Virus record (IMG/VR): IMGVR_UViG_3300008970_000001
Reading direction: 5' to 3' (one strand)
Source: a virus
DNA: 54,674 nucleotides
Positions 18,069-28,516 of the stretch are shown piece by piece. How positions within the stretch are numbered: position 1 is the first letter of the stretch; each line of letters starts with the position of its first letter. The position numbers were made by a program, and so were the translations under genes. The notes beneath the pieces were generated by a model. It saw only the letters and a program-made list of their open reading frames with translations. It ran no database searches and was not told the origin of the DNA.

Positions 18069-21000
18069 GCGATCCTCACCTTACTCCCCTCGTCCCCGCT
18101 ATCAGTAACCTCAATAATCTGAGGGAAACGGCTTTTCATCATAGGGTCATGGCTTATAGCAATTACCTTCATATTTGGGTACTTAACGCTAAGCATCTCC
18201 AATGCATCGCAGTACGCCTCTGCTCCCTCTGCATCCAAGAAACTAGGCTCGTCCACAAACATCATCCCCAGCTGTATTCCGACTCTCCGGGCCTTAAGAT
18301 CCGCCAGCGCAAACGCATTTGCTAGTGCAGCCTTGACCTTCTGCCCGCCGGACCGATCTTTATACGGGATGTTGCCGCGCCAGTCAGTGACCCACACCTC
18401 GAGGGCATTAACCTCTTTTTTGTTCCGCTGGACTCGCTCTGTCCGCATTTCTAAGGCCATTTTCCCGCCAGTCATCTGACCAAGGATCTCATTGGATGTT
18501 GCCGACAGCTCCGGTACCACTGAACGAACGATGGAGAAGGGGATACCGTCGAGGCCGAAAGCCTTCGTTAGGGTCTGGTAACGTATTAGGTCCTTAGCCG
18601 TGGGATCCATGTCTAATATTAGTTGCTGGCGTTCGGCTTCATCCTTAGCAAGAGTTTCGAGTTGGGCAGTTAGGGCACCAATCTTACTTGAGTAGTTTAG
18701 TTGTTGCCCTTGCAATAACTTCAGGTCAGACCGTAGTTTATCTGCTTTAAAAAGTTCATCTGTCAATCCCGATGCATCGATGTTTAACATCAAGCATTCA
18801 GTATCTAGCTCCTTGATACTTGCTTCCTTGGTATTAATATCAGCCTCTAACCCTGCTATAATCTCGGCTGTTGAAGCAATGAGCTGCCGCGCCGCAGGTA
18901 ACTCTTCCTTAGCCTTAACCCATTGCAGGAGCTTGGGAAGACGTTCATTAAGGCCTGGCAGGATAGCAAGTTCATTGTTCAGAGTAACACCCGATTCTAT
19001 GACCTCATTAAGCTGTATTTGTAAGTCATTTCTACGTTTTTGGCAGTCTATCAGTTGTGCTTGGAGTCCTTTGAGTAACTCTACTTTTGAATCTAGCTGT
19101 CCTGCGAGCTCTGCCTGAGGCCGTAAGTTGGTAACGATATTTTTAAGCTTGTAGTGCTCTTCTGGACCCTTAAAAAAGTCATATCCTATTGCGCTATATT
19201 CCTTATTGAGCCTTTCAACTAATTCACAAAACGGTTTTCTGGCTTCTTGCATCATGGCTATTTCTAACTCGATATCCCTAATTTGTTGTTCAAATATCGG
19301 TATCTGGGCTTTAGATTTTTGTGCGTCTGCAAGAAAAGCACATTTAGCGTTTTCTGGATCAATACAATTCGCATTTGCAAGGAGTAATGATTTTCCCGTT
19401 AGATATTCAAGAGTGGCTTTGATCTCTTTAATTTTCTGCTGTTTTTCGTATATCTCGTCAGCTGTTCTGTCCGTGTCCTTTTCTGCCATTAAAATCTCAC
19501 TATGCTTAGCTGCAGCTTTCTTACTCAACTCATCCATTGTCTCAAGCTTCGCTAACTCGCTCCTATACTGATCCGCAGCCCTATCAAGATCAGGCTTACT
19601 CGCTAAAACGTTCTCAATCTGGCTTATTTGGTAACCTAAAGTGTTAATTTGGTTATCCAATGTGCCAATTTTGTTAGTAATTCGAGATTGATCGTTCATG
19701 AATTCAAGTTGCTTTGGTTTCTTAGCTTCGAGTAACATTGCTTGATTTTTCACTTGTTCATACTCGTCTGCTTTCGCCAATACTGTGGCCTCGTTTGCTA
19801 TGATCTGTTGAGCTCGCTGTGTAAGATTACGTTTCGTTTCGATCTCTGTTTTCTTGACTAAAATATCTTGATTTAGTCCAGATATCTGTATCTTTAGATC
19901 GTCAGCTTTCTCGGACTTAGCTCGTAACGTTCTGACTAATTCCTCGGCAGCCTTAATTTCTGACTCAACTCCGGCTATGTCCCCTGTTACTCGTTTAAGA
20001 TCAGTCTCGTAAGCATCCTTATCACCGAGTAAACCATTCTTAGCTTTTAACTTCTCATCCAAATCAGCCAACTTCGCCTTCGATATCGTAAGTTGCCTAT
20101 TTAGCTCAGTGACCTTAGCCTTCGCCAAATCCGTTAATTGCTCGTATATACTGAGCCCCAAGATATTTGCCAGCACGCCCATGCGCTGCTCTTTGTCGGC
20201 TTCCATGAATAATCCGTAAGCATCCTGCATAATCAACGCAGTGCAGCGGAACGTGGCGCAGTCCATCCCGAGTAACGACTCGATCTTCTCCTGTGTTTGC
20301 TTGGCTGTGGTACCCGATCGATCTTCCCATTTATCAGCTAGTTGCTCCTGCAGTGCCAGGGTGATCTTCCCGCTGCCCTTGATGCTCCTGTTCCGGATCA
20401 CTCGCCAGTTCGTTGAACCCATCGAGAACTCAAAGTTAAGCATTCCGTCAGTCTGGCCGTTCGTGATCCAACTCCCAGTTACACCAGTACGTGTCTCTTC
20501 ATAAAGGCAATCAGAGATAGAGTCCATGAAGAATGCTGACTTACCAATCCCGTTGGGACCGTTCACTGTTGCGAAGTAGATGTCTTGAAAGTTGAACGTC
20601 TCTCCCTGATAAGAACGGTAATTCCTGACCTCCAGAGATCGCGGCTCGAATACTCCTGAGAGTGTACCGGTTGGCATCTTCGCGCTGATTGTGGCTACCA
20701 GAGGACGTGCAAGCTCAATGATCGGAGTTATATCCTCGGTGCTGAATCCTTCAGCAGTTAGCCATGTATGGAGATTTTCGAGTGGTCCTGAGGTTTCGGT
20801 TAGTTCTTGCTTGACGAGATCGGTAGTAATTTTCTCAGGCTTGATCTCTGCTACGTGGAACGCTCCTGCTTCATAGAGCGCTTTCTCCAAGGCTTTTCGG
20901 TTGAGTTGTTTGTTGAGTTCGTCAGAGCAAGAGTAACCAAGCCGAATTATCCTGCCCTCGAAACTCGCGTCATTTTCATATAAACCTTGATCAATAAACC

Positions 21001-21901
21001 CACCAATATCTTTTTCATCCCATTTGAGACTAAGAAATTCTCTCGAGGGTGTCTTAACAAACTCTGACCCCACATAATTCGGCATCTCGGAATACTCATC
21101 ACCCTCAATGGTACCGATCTCGTGCATCCAGAACCCCTTATCCTGCCCCTCCTCATTGAACGTAATCCCGTTCACTGGCCCCGAGTAAAACACTGGCTTC
21201 TCAATACCCTCGACTCTCTGAGCCCGGTGAATATGACCTAACGCCACCAGGTCAAACGCGGATCCGGCCAGTGCCTCTTTGGGTAGTACAACCTCCGACT
21301 GAGTAAATACGTGCTGGCCGTTGTCGAGTTCGCATCCTACGACCGTGTAGTGAGCCATTAATACGCTCGGGATCGTCGGGTCAAGTTGTGCGCTTAGTCC
21401 ATTGACCATGTCCCCGAGGAACTTGGAGCACATCATTGATTCTTCTGCGGGGGCCATTCCGGGGTTTTTAGCACGGAAGTAACCCTTGTCGAAGCCGGGG
21501 ATAGCAGCCACTTGCAGTGGTCCCGACTGAGTTTCAATAACTCCGCATTCCGGGTCAGTGATTACAGCCAGTCCGTTAATCCTCATATTCTTAATATTTT
21601 CAAAAGCCTTTTTACTGTCGTGATTATCGGTGCCAAACATCAGGACTGTTGGGGCAATTCCCGCGAGAGCCCGTAGTCTTATTACGGACTCATCGATGAG
21701 CGAAAGCATATTATCTCCCCAAAGCTTTGACTTATCGAAGAGATCACCAGAGATCAGGATAGCGTCAGGTCGTTCGCTTTGTGCGTATTCAACAAGGTAA
21801 TCAGCACAACTCAACGTATCCTGTAATCGCGCGTTCTTGCCATCAATCACTGGCCCTGGCAACTCACCTATGTGCCAATCGGCTGAATGGAAAATTAACA
21901 T
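18065..21901 (-). CDS. Fused SbcD/Mre11-like nuclease and SbcC/Rad50-like ATPase
   Basis: Phosphoesterase motifs are present: DWH, GDLFD, DNHD, GHIH. They are followed by Walker A GPNGIGKS, a long coiled coil, the [10 protein letters not shown] signature and Walker B MMFVDEP. AGGAGGTG lies 7 nt upstream of the ATG at 21901. Confidence 0.85.
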   Translation of the reverse strand: MLIFHSADWHIGELPGPVIDGKNARLQDTLSCADYLVEYAQSERPDAILISGDLFDKSKLWGDNMLSLIDESVIRLRALAGIAPTVLMFGTDNHDSKKAFENIKNMRINGLAVITDPECGVIETQSGPLQVAAIPGFDKGYFRAKNPGMAPAEESMMCSKFLGDMVNGLSAQLDPTIPSVLMAHYTVVGCELDNGQHVFTQSEVVLPKEALAGSAFDLVALGHIHRAQRVEGIEKPVFYSGPVNGITFNEEGQDKGFWMHEIGTIEGDEYSEMPNYVGSEFVKTPSREFLSLKWDEKDIGGFIDQGLYENDASFEGRIIRLGYSCSDELNKQLNRKALEKALYEAGAFHVAEIKPEKITTDLVKQELTETSGPLENLHTWLTAEGFSTEDITPIIELARPLVATISAKMPTGTLSGVFEPRSLEVRNYRSYQGETFNFQDIYFATVNGPNGIGKSAFFMDSISDCLYEETRTGVTGSWITNGQTDGMLNFEFSMGSTNWRVIRNRSIKGSGKITLALQEQLADKWEDRSGTTAKQTQEKIESLLGMDCATFRCTALIMQDAYGLFMEADKEQRMGVLANILGLSIYEQLTDLAKAKVTELNRQLTISKAKLADLDEKLKAKNGLLGDKDAYETDLKRVTGDIAGVESEIKAAEELVRTLRAKSEKADDLKIQISGLNQDILVKKTEIETKRNLTQRAQQIIANEATVLAKADEYEQVKNQAMLLEAKKPKQLEFMNDQSRITNKIGTLDNQINTLGYQISQIENVLASKPDLDRAADQYRSELAKLETMDELSKKAAAKHSEILMAEKDTDRTADEIYEKQQKIKEIKATLEYLTGKSLLLANANCIDPENAKCAFLADAQKSKAQIPIFEQQIRDIELEIAMMQEARKPFCELVERLNKEYSAIGYDFFKGPEEHYKLKNIVTNLRPQAELAGQLDSKVELLKGLQAQLIDCQKRRNDLQIQLNEVIESGVTLNNELAILPGLNERLPKLLQWVKAKEELPAARQLIASTAEIIAGLEADINTKEASIKELDTECLMLNIDASGLTDELFKADKLRSDLKLLQGQQLNYSSKIGALTAQLETLAKDEAERQQLILDMDPTAKDLIRYQTLTKAFGLDGIPFSIVRSVVPELSATSNEILGQMTGGKMALEMRTERVQRNKKEVNALEVWVTDWRGNIPYKDRSGGQKVKAALANAFALADLKARRVGIQLGMMFVDEPSFLDAEGAEAYCDALEMLSVKYPNMKVIAISHDPMMKSRFPQIIEVTDSGDEGSKVRIA

Positions 21902-22776
21902 TGCTGTCCACCTCCTGCTCGACAAGTTTCACAGATTACTCGTCCAAACTGTTTGAGTAAATAATCAATAATCATCTCTACTGTCCAGTCTCCAACTGGT
22001 TCAATCGGCTTACCACATACCTCACAGCAGTTACCTGTATCCTCCGGATCCGGACCAACAACCACGACCTCACCATTCACGCCACCCCCGGGCAATTGTA
22101 GGAGACTACCCGTCGGTAATGCTGTCGCTCCTCCAAATAAAGCGTCTTGCCCTGCTGCGTATCTCTGGATGAGCGCTTTCTTCATATCAGGATCCTGCGT
22201 ATTTAGCACCACTAATGCAACCGCAAACGGCCTAGCCAACTCATTGAGCGTATACGCACCCTTGAGGCCTAATCCCGCTCGTAAAGCCCTTAGTAGTGCC
22301 TTTGTCTCGCAGTTCGCACCCATATGTTCTAATGGAGCCTTTTTTGACAACGTATCCTGCTTGGAAATTTCTTTAGTAGCTGTATACTTTCTATACCCAC
22401 CACTTGGCTCAGGTACGAGTATAGAGACCTGATAGGCAACATCATCTTTGGTTGGGCACCCTGCACACTGAGGGGCAAGACGCGTTGCCCTTGAAATTTC
22501 AACGCACCTTTGGCAGTTTTTCGGCAATATAGACTTGGATTCGTCCATAACCACGTTAGCAGCCGTCATGAGCTTGAGGCATCCAATTTTCGTTAATGAA
22601 AACTCACCATTTTTCTGCTTATAGATATCCTTAGCGGCGAGATCTGTGTCGATCTGGACAATATTCACCATAATTTTATGCAAGGGTGAAATCTCGGTCA
22701 TCGTAGCTGGAAAAAGCCGGTTATATGTTTCAGGTGGGTAATTATTAATCGATGAAATCGTTAATGCGTTATCCAA
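21895..22776 (-). CDS. Hypothetical DNA-metabolism protein with C-terminal zinc ribbon
   Basis: 293 aa with CEVCG...CETC at the C-terminus. Confidence 0.6.
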   Translation of the reverse strand: MDNALTISSINNYPPETYNRLFPATMTEISPLHKIMVNIVQIDTDLAAKDIYKQKNGEFSLTKIGCLKLMTAANVVMDESKSILPKNCQRCVEISRATRLAPQCAGCPTKDDVAYQVSILVPEPSGGYRKYTATKEISKQDTLSKKAPLEHMGANCETKALLRALRAGLGLKGAYTLNELARPFAVALVVLNTQDPDMKKALIQRYAAGQDALFGGATALPTGSLLQLPGGGVNGEVVVVGPDPEDTGNCCEVCGKPIEPVGDWTVEMIIDYLLKQFGRVICETCRAGGGQQC

Positions 22777-23065
22777 TGCGTTTTTCCTCCCCGTCTTTTC
22801 TTATCTTTACGTTACTTCGCTTGATCCTCGAATAAACGACATCCTTATGCAGGCCGAAAATGTTACCAATTTGCTTATAGGTCAGTCCCCTTTTTCGGTA
22901 CCGCTCCATTAGCGATATGTCCTCCGGAAGGATGATTTTATTAATCGTGTCAGGTCGCGGACTTTCCAATTTTGCGAATGCGGTCTCAGGGAAACAATCG
23001 ATGACGATCGATAGTGCTAGAGCACAGTAGTTTTCTTGATTGAGATTTGTAACGCAACGCATCAT
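22769..23065 (-). CDS. Small HTH DNA-binding protein
   Basis: RKRGLTYKQIGNIFGLHKDVVYSRIKR is helix-turn-helix-like. Confidence 0.55.
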   Translation of the reverse strand: MMRCVTNLNQENYCALALSIVIDCFPETAFAKLESPRPDTINKIILPEDISLMERYRKRGLTYKQIGNIFGLHKDVVYSRIKRSNVKIRKDGEEKRIG

Positions 23066-23895
23066 GCGGTACCTACAATTTCCACCAGCATCTCGCGCAA
23101 ATGCTCCCGGAATGACTTCTTAGCATCAGCCACATACAAACGCTCCAAGGTTGCTAGGTCGTCCCGAACGTCCTGCCAAATCTCGTCGAAGGTTTCGCGC
23201 GGTGCAGGATTAGGCTCTGGCGTCACATCGACAAAGGAAATACCTTCTTGAGACCCCCACTCCTCTTCCGTCATACCCTGAGTCTCGGGAGGCACGTGAT
23301 ACGTTTCCGATGGGTTCATTTCTACCACTGGCAGCTCCTGCACAGGCTCATCCGTGTGAAACTGCTCTATCTCAGCAGGTGCCGGAGAATCTTGGACCAT
23401 ATCGTCTGACTGTGGAGCCTGGACCATATCGTCGACCGGCGGTGCGTCCTGGATCACATTCTCAGTAGGCACCGACTCCTTAACGATATCCTCATCCTTG
23501 CCTTTACCCTTTATCCCCTTTAGCCCATATTTCTTGATCCAGTTATGAACACTCTGAACGGAGGATGCTCCATATTTTTTAGCAATCTCATGTCCGTTCA
23601 TCCCTGACCTCAGATCGTTTTCTAACTCCTCCTTTGGCGGTCTAACTGCCATCTCTTTCTTGCCCCTTCCTTTGCCTCTTGTAACCTTAAATGAATCAAT
23701 TTTCTTCTCACCAGCACGCACGCAGTTCCACCTACAGAACCAAATCGTCCTACCCTTATGGGATAGTTTGTATAACCATTGGCTGGTTGCAACGAACGGT
23801 TTACCACATTCGGCGCATGTGTGCTCCCGCCGATCAAGGATATCGGGGATATGTTGGTGCTCATCGTTATTCACCCGTTTATCACCTCGCGACAT
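23062..23895 (-). CDS. Hypothetical protein with N-terminal zinc finger, HTH and acidic tail
   Basis: Has CAECG...CRWNC and GHEIAKKYGASSVQSVHNWIKKYG. The acidic part contains a 27-nt in-frame near-duplication. Confidence 0.6.
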   Translation of the reverse strand: MSRGDKRVNNDEHQHIPDILDRREHTCAECGKPFVATSQWLYKLSHKGRTIWFCRWNCVRAGEKKIDSFKVTRGKGRGKKEMAVRPPKEELENDLRSGMNGHEIAKKYGASSVQSVHNWIKKYGLKGIKGKGKDEDIVKESVPTENVIQDAPPVDDMVQAPQSDDMVQDSPAPAEIEQFHTDEPVQELPVVEMNPSETYHVPPETQGMTEEEWGSQEGISFVDVTPEPNPAPRETFDEIWQDVRDDLATLERLYVADAKKSFREHLREMLVEIVGTA

Positions 23896-25343
23896 GAACT
23901 TTCACCACATAACTCCGGCAAATTAACCCTAACAAGATGTTCGGCAAATGGCGGCGGAACTGCATTCCCGCACCTCGCCACCTGTGCAGACTTAGGATAA
24001 ATCTTACCCTCGGCATCGCGGTCGATAATATAATCACCCGGGAATCCTTGAGCATTAAATAGTTCCCTTGGCTCCAACATCCTCATGCCAATATCGACAA
24101 TCTGATAGTCCTGACCAAGGACCGTAATTAAGCCAAACCTGTCTCTAGTAGTGATGGTTGCCAATGGTTCTTCTAATCGTTGACCTTCTCCGGTTCCGTA
24201 ATATTTAAGCAAGAATGTCCTGACTTCTCCCCAGTGCCCAGGACCAGCTACAATAGTGTTTATCGGATCATCGAGCGAACGTCCGTCACAGTGATTGTTC
24301 ATCTGAAGTAAATGGCTAGTAACTAACCCGTATCTTGGTGATGTATCAAGTGTCATGATTGGCTTATCGAGCGTCTGACCTCGTGCTTCATGGTTAGCAG
24401 TTTCTGAGTGATATTGGATCAATGTTGGGGCTACTAGACAGTGTTCTGCCTTTGTGACAATAGTGGTTAATGGTTGTCCTAACGAGTAAGATCTTTCATC
24501 CTTACTAAATCCGGTTTGACCAATCTGCATAATAAATGGCTTAGGGTTATCAATAACGAACTTCTGAATCCCTCTGGCAATCCTTCGCATTGTGTTTTCT
24601 GCTAAAGGCCTTACAGCTTTGATCCCATACTTTTGCTTGATCTCAGCTGAAGTATCAAAGATGCTCGGACAAGGTAACGACCAATCAATAATCTCGGCGG
24701 CTGTTCGCCAAGGCTTAAGTTTGCCGGATTTTACCTCGGGGCTGTTAGTGTCTCCATGAGTTGGTTTCGGCCAAACTATTGGAAGTCCATCGCAACGCGC
24801 GATCATAAAGAAACGTTTGCGTATAGTCGGAGCACCATAGTCACAGGCCCTTAACTCTCTGTGTTGGACCTGATACCCTTGACGCTCAAGCGCATGAACA
24901 AAGGTGTTAAATGTCCGTCCCTTTTGCTTGGGATCTGGCTTACCGTCTACGAGCAAAGGCCCCCAAGCCTTAAATTCTTCCACGTTCTCGAGCATAATCA
25001 CTCGGGGCTTTACTGTTGCCGCCCAGCGAACTGCTACCCATGCTAGGCCTCGTATATTTTTCTGAACTGGCTTGCCGCCCTTCGCCTTGCTAAAATGTTT
25101 ACAATCCGGACTGAGCCAAACTAAACCTACTGGCCGACCGTTTGCCGCCTTTCGAGGATCTACTTCCCAGACAGATTCACAATAGTGCTCTGTGTCTGGA
25201 TGATTGACCTTGTGCATTGCGATGGCGGCAGGATCGTGGTTAATGGCTATATCTACCGATCTGCCGATTGCCAAGGAGATACCAGTCGAGGCTCCTCCTC
25301 CCCCGCAGAAATTATCCACTATAATCTCTGTCGTCACGCCCAC
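23871..25343 (-). CDS. DNA (cytosine-5)-methyltransferase
   Basis: Has motif I DNFCGGGG, motif IV SPDCKHFS, ENV (MLENVEEF) and GNAVPPPF. Confidence 0.9.
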   Translation of the reverse strand: MGVTTEIIVDNFCGGGGASTGISLAIGRSVDIAINHDPAAIAMHKVNHPDTEHYCESVWEVDPRKAANGRPVGLVWLSPDCKHFSKAKGGKPVQKNIRGLAWVAVRWAATVKPRVIMLENVEEFKAWGPLLVDGKPDPKQKGRTFNTFVHALERQGYQVQHRELRACDYGAPTIRKRFFMIARCDGLPIVWPKPTHGDTNSPEVKSGKLKPWRTAAEIIDWSLPCPSIFDTSAEIKQKYGIKAVRPLAENTMRRIARGIQKFVIDNPKPFIMQIGQTGFSKDERSYSLGQPLTTIVTKAEHCLVAPTLIQYHSETANHEARGQTLDKPIMTLDTSPRYGLVTSHLLQMNNHCDGRSLDDPINTIVAGPGHWGEVRTFLLKYYGTGEGQRLEEPLATITTRDRFGLITVLGQDYQIVDIGMRMLEPRELFNAQGFPGDYIIDRDAEGKIYPKSAQVARCGNAVPPPFAEHLVRVNLPELCGESSCREVING

Positions 25344-25486
25344 AACCTCCTAACTTCGCCACTCACCCGATGCACGATCTCAAAGCACTCCGGACAGTCC
25401 TTACAGACCAGCCATGCTCTCGGGTTAAGGTTTAGTGATTTGATCTTGGCTTTTTGCCTGCGGGTTGGTTTGCGAGGGTTTTTCAT
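25334..25486 (-). CDS. Small basic Cys-containing protein (50 aa)
   Basis: Hand-translated as MKNPRKPTRRQKAKIKSLNLNPRAWLVCKDCPECFEIV.... Both ends overlap neighbouring genes. Confidence 0.3.
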   Translation of the reverse strand: MKNPRKPTRRQKAKIKSLNLNPRAWLVCKDCPECFEIVHRVSGEVRRLWA

Positions 25487-25872
25487 GAGGTGATCACCTT
25501 GTTTTTATCAGTGCAATCATTGCAGATACATCCAGTATTCATCCGAGTGCTGAACTCTCCACATTGAACACAAATCATTTTTTCTCGAGTAGGTACTACG
25601 CCAAGTGAGTACATGTCAACATTGTCTAACTTCTCAGCCTTGCATTTAAGACTGAAGATCCCCTCTATCTTGTGTTTTACGACCGTGACCCGGTCTCCGT
25701 TCTTTCTTCTAGAAACACCAACATAAATGTGATCTTTCGGGCAATCTTCCCACTTTGGAAGTTCAGTTCTGCGCTTAATCTCCTTGACCACAACAACTGC
25801 GGGAGTACCTTCCCAATAGGATTTAATGCGTTGTTCGAAATCGTTGATCATACTTATCCATTCACTCCTCAC
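25483..25872 (-). CDS. Hypothetical protein with zinc ribbon
   Basis: 129 aa with CVQCG...CICNDC. Confidence 0.6.
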   Translation of the reverse strand: MRSEWISMINDFEQRIKSYWEGTPAVVVVKEIKRRTELPKWEDCPKDHIYVGVSRRKNGDRVTVVKHKIEGIFSLKCKAEKLDNVDMYSLGVVPTREKMICVQCGEFSTRMNTGCICNDCTDKNKVITS

Positions 25873-26408
25873 GGATATTTAATCCAAACTTCCAACTCCT
25901 GAACCCCGAACTCCAGCGCATCCTCACGCTTCTCCATGTACAGATCCAATCTCCCTCGACTTATGGCCCCACCTCTGTCTTCCACGATGTGTGTACAGTT
26001 AAGAGATGGTATATGGATCTGAGCCCCAAACGGTATTGATGGATCAGCCGCTATCGTCCGCCCCTGCTGGACGCGTTCGCCGGATGTCGTAATTCCGCGA
26101 CCGTCCATGCCTTTGTCGTTTTTCGTGTACGCGGTTATGGTCATCACTCGCCGCTCGATCTCAGGCTTACTCCGGCTAACCTTGCGCTTAACCGGCACAG
26201 CAGCCCTTGGGACCAACGTCTTAAGATCAATCGATTTCACAGGGACCGACTCCTGAGTAAATGGCCTCGGGGCTTGTACGCTTGGTAGTACTAAAATAAT
26301 TACTATTGTTATTACAATTACTAAAATCTTCCGAACTTCGAACAACTCCTTTTCGGGCCAACCGTTCGACGTGGGAGCAGATTGCGTAAAACCTGCAGTT
26401 CCCGACAT
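25869..26408 (-). CDS. 3D-domain (MltA/YuiC-like) peptidoglycan-acting protein with N-terminal signal/TM segment
   Basis: Has a hydrophobic ILVIVITIVIILVLPSVQA segment, then ITAYT...GITTSGERV...TIAADPSIPFG...VEDRGGAI...LDLYM. Confidence 0.72.
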   Translation of the reverse strand: MSGTAGFTQSAPTSNGWPEKELFEVRKILVIVITIVIILVLPSVQAPRPFTQESVPVKSIDLKTLVPRAAVPVKRKVSRSKPEIERRVMTITAYTKNDKGMDGRGITTSGERVQQGRTIAADPSIPFGAQIHIPSLNCTHIVEDRGGAISRGRLDLYMEKREDALEFGVQELEVWIKYP

Positions 26409-26483
26409 TTCCTAGGATGGCGCACCCTCCGCAATCTCGGAGGTACTCGATGTATCTGGCATAGTAGCTTTCGCTGAAGCTCT

Positions 26484-26726
26484 TCATGACTTCGATAGCG
26501 CCTCGACACATTCGTAGCAGACTAACTTACCTTTACTGCGCCATAGGCCGTGCATACTTCCGCACAACACACAACCGGGGTTATATTTCTTAAGAATGAT
26601 CATTTCGCCATCGACATAAATTTCTAAGGCGTCACCATCGCCAATATCTAACGTGCGCCGAAGCTCGATCGGAAGAACAATTCTTCCCAACTCATCGACT
26701 TTACGCACGACTCCTGTTGATTTCAT
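26484..26726 (-). CDS. AbrB/SpoVT-family DNA-binding protein with C-terminal zinc ribbon
   Basis: VRKVDELGRIVLPIELRRTL is the SpoVT-AbrB motif. CVLCG...CYEC follows. Confidence 0.8.
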   Translation of the reverse strand: MKSTGVVRKVDELGRIVLPIELRRTLDIGDGDALEIYVDGEMIILKKYNPGCVLCGSMHGLWRSKGKLVCYECVEALSKS

Positions 26727-26730
26727 CAGT

Positions 26731-26967
26731 TTACTTCCTCCTCTTTGGATTTGCGTTTCTCCAGCACATGTATTTCTGATAATGATTTGGCTTTACTAAA
26801 ATTGGGGTAAATACGTTCCTCGTCTCACCGTAAGCCCAGTAACCTTCGGGCTTTAACTCCTGCACGACTCCGCATCCTGGGGTTTTGCACCAGCTCCGCG
26901 TTTGACCAGTTTCGAACTTCATAGCCTGTCCACAAAGACAGGTTGGAATTAATCGTTTCATCGCCAT
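26731..26967 (-). CDS. Hypothetical small Cys-containing protein
   Basis: 78-aa ORF. Confidence 0.5.
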   Translation of the reverse strand: MAMKRLIPTCLCGQAMKFETGQTRSWCKTPGCGVVQELKPEGYWAYGETRNVFTPILVKPNHYQKYMCWRNANPKRRK

Positions 26968-26976
26968 TGCTCCTTT

Positions 26977-27174
26977 CTATGGTGCAATAACTCCTGCTGT
27001 CAGAAAAACTCGCTGGGCATCGAGAACTTGTCTAAACTCCTTCATGCTCCCGACAAATCCCCATAGGCATATTGGTCTAAAATCCGTGTCACGTGGTATA
27101 ATAATCCTAGTGTTAATTTTTACTCGCTCCGTTCGGCATGGCAGTGCTGGGCGGGGCTTTTCTTGTGCTTGCAT
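26977..27174 (-). CDS. Hypothetical protein
   Basis: 65-aa ORF that starts directly after the upstream stop. Confidence 0.4.
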   Translation of the reverse strand: MQAQEKPRPALPCRTERVKINTRIIIPRDTDFRPICLWGFVGSMKEFRQVLDAQRVFLTAGVIAP

Positions 27175-27660
27175 TTAGGTTGTCACCTCCTTCGCCAAGA
27201 GTGCGGCAAGGCATATTGAGAGGGGTGCTGTTTCTGCCCTTGCCTCGAAATATTCAAGACCATTATCAACTGGAGAACCTGCCAGATGATGCAGAAAAGC
27301 AGTTATATGCGCCCCTTTATATCCCTCAACCCTAGATACAAAGTGATCTCCATCTTTACATGGAGTATTGTGCATCTTCTCGACCACTTCCCACGCCGCG
27401 GATATATCTTCCGAGTATCTGAGATAGATTTCCTTCCTGACAAGATGGACTCCCCTATAAACGCAATTTGGCGTCATGTGAGCAAGAACGTCGTTCAGCC
27501 ATCTTTTGGCCTCGTCGTGATAATTAAATCCTATAAATACCCCTGACTCATCCTTATTCATCGCCCAATACTCAATACTTGGCGTTGCGCCAATGATGCA
27601 CCCGATTAACTTGTCCAACTCGCGCCCGGGCTTCATGGCCAAGATCTCGTCCTTTGTCAT
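27175..27660 (-). CDS. Hypothetical protein
   Basis: 161-aa ORF. Confidence 0.6.
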   Translation of the reverse strand: MTKDEILAMKPGRELDKLIGCIIGATPSIEYWAMNKDESGVFIGFNYHDEAKRWLNDVLAHMTPNCVYRGVHLVRKEIYLRYSEDISAAWEVVEKMHNTPCKDGDHFVSRVEGYKGAHITAFLHHLAGSPVDNGLEYFEARAETAPLSICLAALLAKEVTT

Positions 27661-27662
27661 CG

Positions 27663-27848
27663 TTACACCTCATCCCCATCTTCGGCTTCCCAGTAAGCTG
27701 TATCAAGCTTGTCGAAAACCCAGTTCGTAAACGCTTCTGTAATTTCATCCTCTGTCGCGTCATCGTCAAACTCAACAATCTCTCTCTCAGGGTTAACGCA
27801 CGGAATTTGCTTGTTGCAGAAAAATACAATCCTTTTCAATCCTCGCAC
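27663..27848 (-). CDS. Hypothetical acidic protein
   Basis: 61-aa ORF. Confidence 0.45.
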   Translation of the reverse strand: MRGLKRIVFFCNKQIPCVNPEREIVEFDDDATEDEITEAFTNWVFDKLDTAYWEAEDGDEV

Positions 27849-28246
27849 CCCTTACACAACCTCGGATACCCCACCGGATCACCGAGATATTCCCCGCATT
27901 GCTCACAGAGCGTTCCGTCGAGGTGCATTTCGGCGATCTCTGGGGAAGATAAGTCGCCGTCGTTGTCATCGGCAATCTCCACTTCCTCGACTTGCGCTGT
28001 GTAATAGTTTTCAATAATAAAATCAGTCAAGGATAAAGGGATTAGTACGTCAGGCGATATTTCTTCTGAGGTAAAGATGCAAGGCTCAACTTTGATGTTC
28101 TTAACCACGCAAGGCCCGTTATCATACTGCCTAGTGACCGTTTCGATAAATTCACCCTTGCTTGAGAAATCTGACTTCAAGCCATAAACAAAATCTTGAC
28201 ATTCTGACCACATAAGTTCTTTTGGCATTTTCACTTCCCGCCTCAC
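27836..28246 (-). CDS. Hypothetical acidic protein with C-terminal CxxC pair
   Basis: 136-aa ORF with CEQCG...CKGC. Confidence 0.6.
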   Translation of the reverse strand: MRREVKMPKELMWSECQDFVYGLKSDFSSKGEFIETVTRQYDNGPCVVKNIKVEPCIFTSEEISPDVLIPLSLTDFIIENYYTAQVEEVEIADDNDGDLSSPEIAEMHLDGTLCEQCGEYLGDPVGYPRLCKGCED

Positions 28247-28509
28247 TTCCTATTCCGCTTCTTCGATGCCCGAACCATCCTGCTCCGGGACTTGCGCTTT
28301 GACCACTTATCCCCAGTTAATCCACAGGGCTTGGTGCTTACTGGCTCACGGCCTAGCCCTGCCTTTGAGCCGTAGGGGTCGAGCATTCTCTGCATGAGGA
28401 TGAGTTCGGCTAGGCTCGATTTCATGGGTCTGGCTGGCATAATCATTTCTGGTGGATCTGGAATACATTCAGGGGCGCTTAAAATTGGGCTTCCTACGTA
28501 TCCGACCAT
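28243..28509 (-). CDS. Hypothetical protein
   Basis: 88-aa ORF. Confidence 0.5.
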   Translation of the reverse strand: MVGYVGSPILSAPECIPDPPEMIMPARPMKSSLAELILMQRMLDPYGSKAGLGREPVSTKPCGLTGDKWSKRKSRSRMVRASKKRNRK

Positions 28510-28516
28510 TATTGGT

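Noticed and set aside
23393-23433. TGGACCATATCGTC repeated 27 nt apart as a regulatory repeat
   Set aside because: It is an in-frame 9-codon near-duplication (DDMVQAPQS/DDMVQDSP) within an acidic low-complexity linker of a CDS, so it is ordinary slippage or duplication.
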